Part shown: positions 62,852-64,000 of the stretch, in pieces
How positions within the stretch are numbered: the stretch's first letter is position 1
Layout of the letters: every line of letters starts with the position of its first letter
DNA from: Cystobasidiomycetes sp. EMM_F5
Lineage: Eukaryota
Direction of reading: 5' to 3'
Assembly (NCBI GenBank): GCA_051047955.1
Contig: JBPGPT010000007.1
Span: 434,001 to 498,000, forward strand
Length of the DNA stretch: 64,000 nucleotides
The notes under the pieces: generated by a model
Told to the model about the DNA's origin: nothing
Databases searched by the model: none
What the model saw: the letters and a program-made list of their open reading frames with translations, nothing else
Translations under genes and position numbers: made by a program

Positions 62852-64000
62852 ATGGAACTGCCGTCATACGATGGCTCGGAAGCCTCTGCGTCGGTTTCAG
62901 TATCAGCGTCCGATACTTATGGTACAGCCCTGCCAGCTCTCCTGAACCTCGTGCCAGAGCCCGGCGAAGTCTCGTTCCAGCAGGGCTACCTCGGGTACTC
63001 GAGCACGTCCATCCGAGGCAGCCTTCAGATCAAATTCACTGGACAGGACCCGTCGTATCGCACCAACGTAGACAGGATAGAAGTCGAGTTTGTCGGGACG
63101 GAGTGCATACAAGGTGAAGGCAGCGAGCATGTGGACCTCATTCGCGATACAAGAGTACTCTGGAAGCGAGGCACGCTAGATTCCGTAGAGGCCGGGACGA
63201 GCGATGGTCGAGTTAGTACGAGCGGACCGCCTGGGAATCTCGACTTCACATTCCCCTTGACCGACGACCTTCCGCACTGCTGTCACATCGGGTCTGGCAA
63301 GATTGCGTATACACTCAAGGCTCAGATGTTTGACAGTCGTACCGGAAAAGCACTGTGTATATCGACGCCTGTTCATCTGTCGCGCTCCTCGCCTCCTCAT
63401 ATCCTCAACCCATCAACAGCCTCGCCAGAGGTCTATACTTCAACGCATCCAACCGAAATAGCCGTCTTCTTCCCACACGGCACATCCAGATTACGTAGAT
63501 CTCAAGCCATCGAGCTGCGCGTCCGTATACCCCCTCCGGATAGTACGCTCGTCGAGGACAAGGGTCTAAAGCTTCGCAGTGTCAGCGCAGAGCTGATTAG
63601 GTCAATCACGATTCACTCTAGCGATGTGGATCAAGGGGACGGAGACAACGATATACAGGCACTAGTAGAGAAGCCAGTTCTTACAACCGTCATATCGCAT
63701 TCCGGGAAAGCAGCCGCCTTTTCCTCTTCACGAAGCGTCTTTCTCTATATATGGCTACAACCGGTACCTCCAGACTCATGCGAATCAGTGACACAGTCGA
63801 CAATCTTTCACGACGTCAAGTTTATGGTTCGCGTCATGGCAGCTTTTGTCGGAAAACAGGGGGATCGACAGGATGTACTTGTTCTAAACAAGGTCGTCAA
63901 CGTCGTCCCAGATTTTCCACCCGCCTCACCCGCCGACCTCGGCTTGTCAGATCATGTGCAGACGCCAGGTGTGGTCAAGCTTCCTCAAGAAGCGAGTAGT
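62852..64000 (+). CDS. Arrestin-fold (alpha-arrestin-like) protein, 3'-truncated by the window edge
   Basis: Open frame from ATG 62852 to the window end (missing from the ORF track because there is no stop): MELPSY...IRGSLQIKF...IEVEFVGTE...LW...DFTFPLTDDLPHC...GKIAYTLKA; LPSY is a PY-type motif. Confidence 0.7.
   Translation, partial: MELPSYDGSEASASVSVSASDTYGTALPALLNLVPEPGEVSFQQGYLGYSSTSIRGSLQIKFTGQDPSYRTNVDRIEVEFVGTECIQGEGSEHVDLIRDTRVLWKRGTLDSVEAGTSDGRVSTSGPPGNLDFTFPLTDDLPHCCHIGSGKIAYTLKAQMFDSRTGKALCISTPVHLSRSSPPHILNPSTASPEVYTSTHPTEIAVFFPHGTSRLRRSQAIELRVRIPPPDSTLVEDKGLKLRSVSAELIRSITIHSSDVDQGDGDNDIQALVEKPVLTTVISHSGKAAAFSSSRSVFLYIWLQPVPPDSCESVTQSTIFHDVKFMVRVMAAFVGKQGDRQDVLVLNKVVNVVPDFPPASPADLGLSDHVQTPGVVKLPQEASS

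Noticed and set aside
1..64000. Mating-type pheromone precursors, tRNA, snRNA, rRNA or telomerase RNA
   Set aside because: No CAAX-terminated repeat peptide, STE3 or homeodomain gene, or recognisable conserved RNA motif was seen by eye. A covariance-model scan would be needed to exclude divergent ncRNAs.

Overview
Eukaryotic, gene-dense, intron-rich fungal DNA. It is most likely a basidiomycete (Pucciniomycotina-type yeast; inferred from short 45-65 nt introns with CTGAC/CTAAC branch sites and from protein similarity). About 23 spliced genes were reconstructed by hand: NIPA-type transporter, CNH-domain protein, gelsolin-like protein, two mucin-like single-pass proteins, SPO22/ZIP4, SWI3/RSC8, a hidden 5-exon NDUFB2-like gene, RPL16 (uL13), DUF1749 hydrolase, MRPS16, DENN protein, a Cys-rich secreted protein, GH71, a hypothetical protein, NUP170, CK2 alpha, a mitochondrial carrier, HEM15, a hidden Hva1/TUDOR-like gene, PNS1, a DEAH helicase and an arrestin-like protein. 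No rRNA, tRNA, transposon or CRISPR was recognised. The most notable observations are: (1) a dsRBD-bearing DEAH helicase fused in frame to a ~680-aa disordered tail with six copies of an unrecognised W-x-x-[YW]...A-[YW]-x-RR-x-S repeat and seven GW/WG dipeptides (possible Argonaute hook); (2) a recent 110-bp exon+intron tandem duplication that created a new intron and a 57-nt exon; (3) micro-exon genes invisible to the ORF track and very compact bidirectional promoters. Gene boundaries are manual predictions and family calls come from motif recognition, not database searches.
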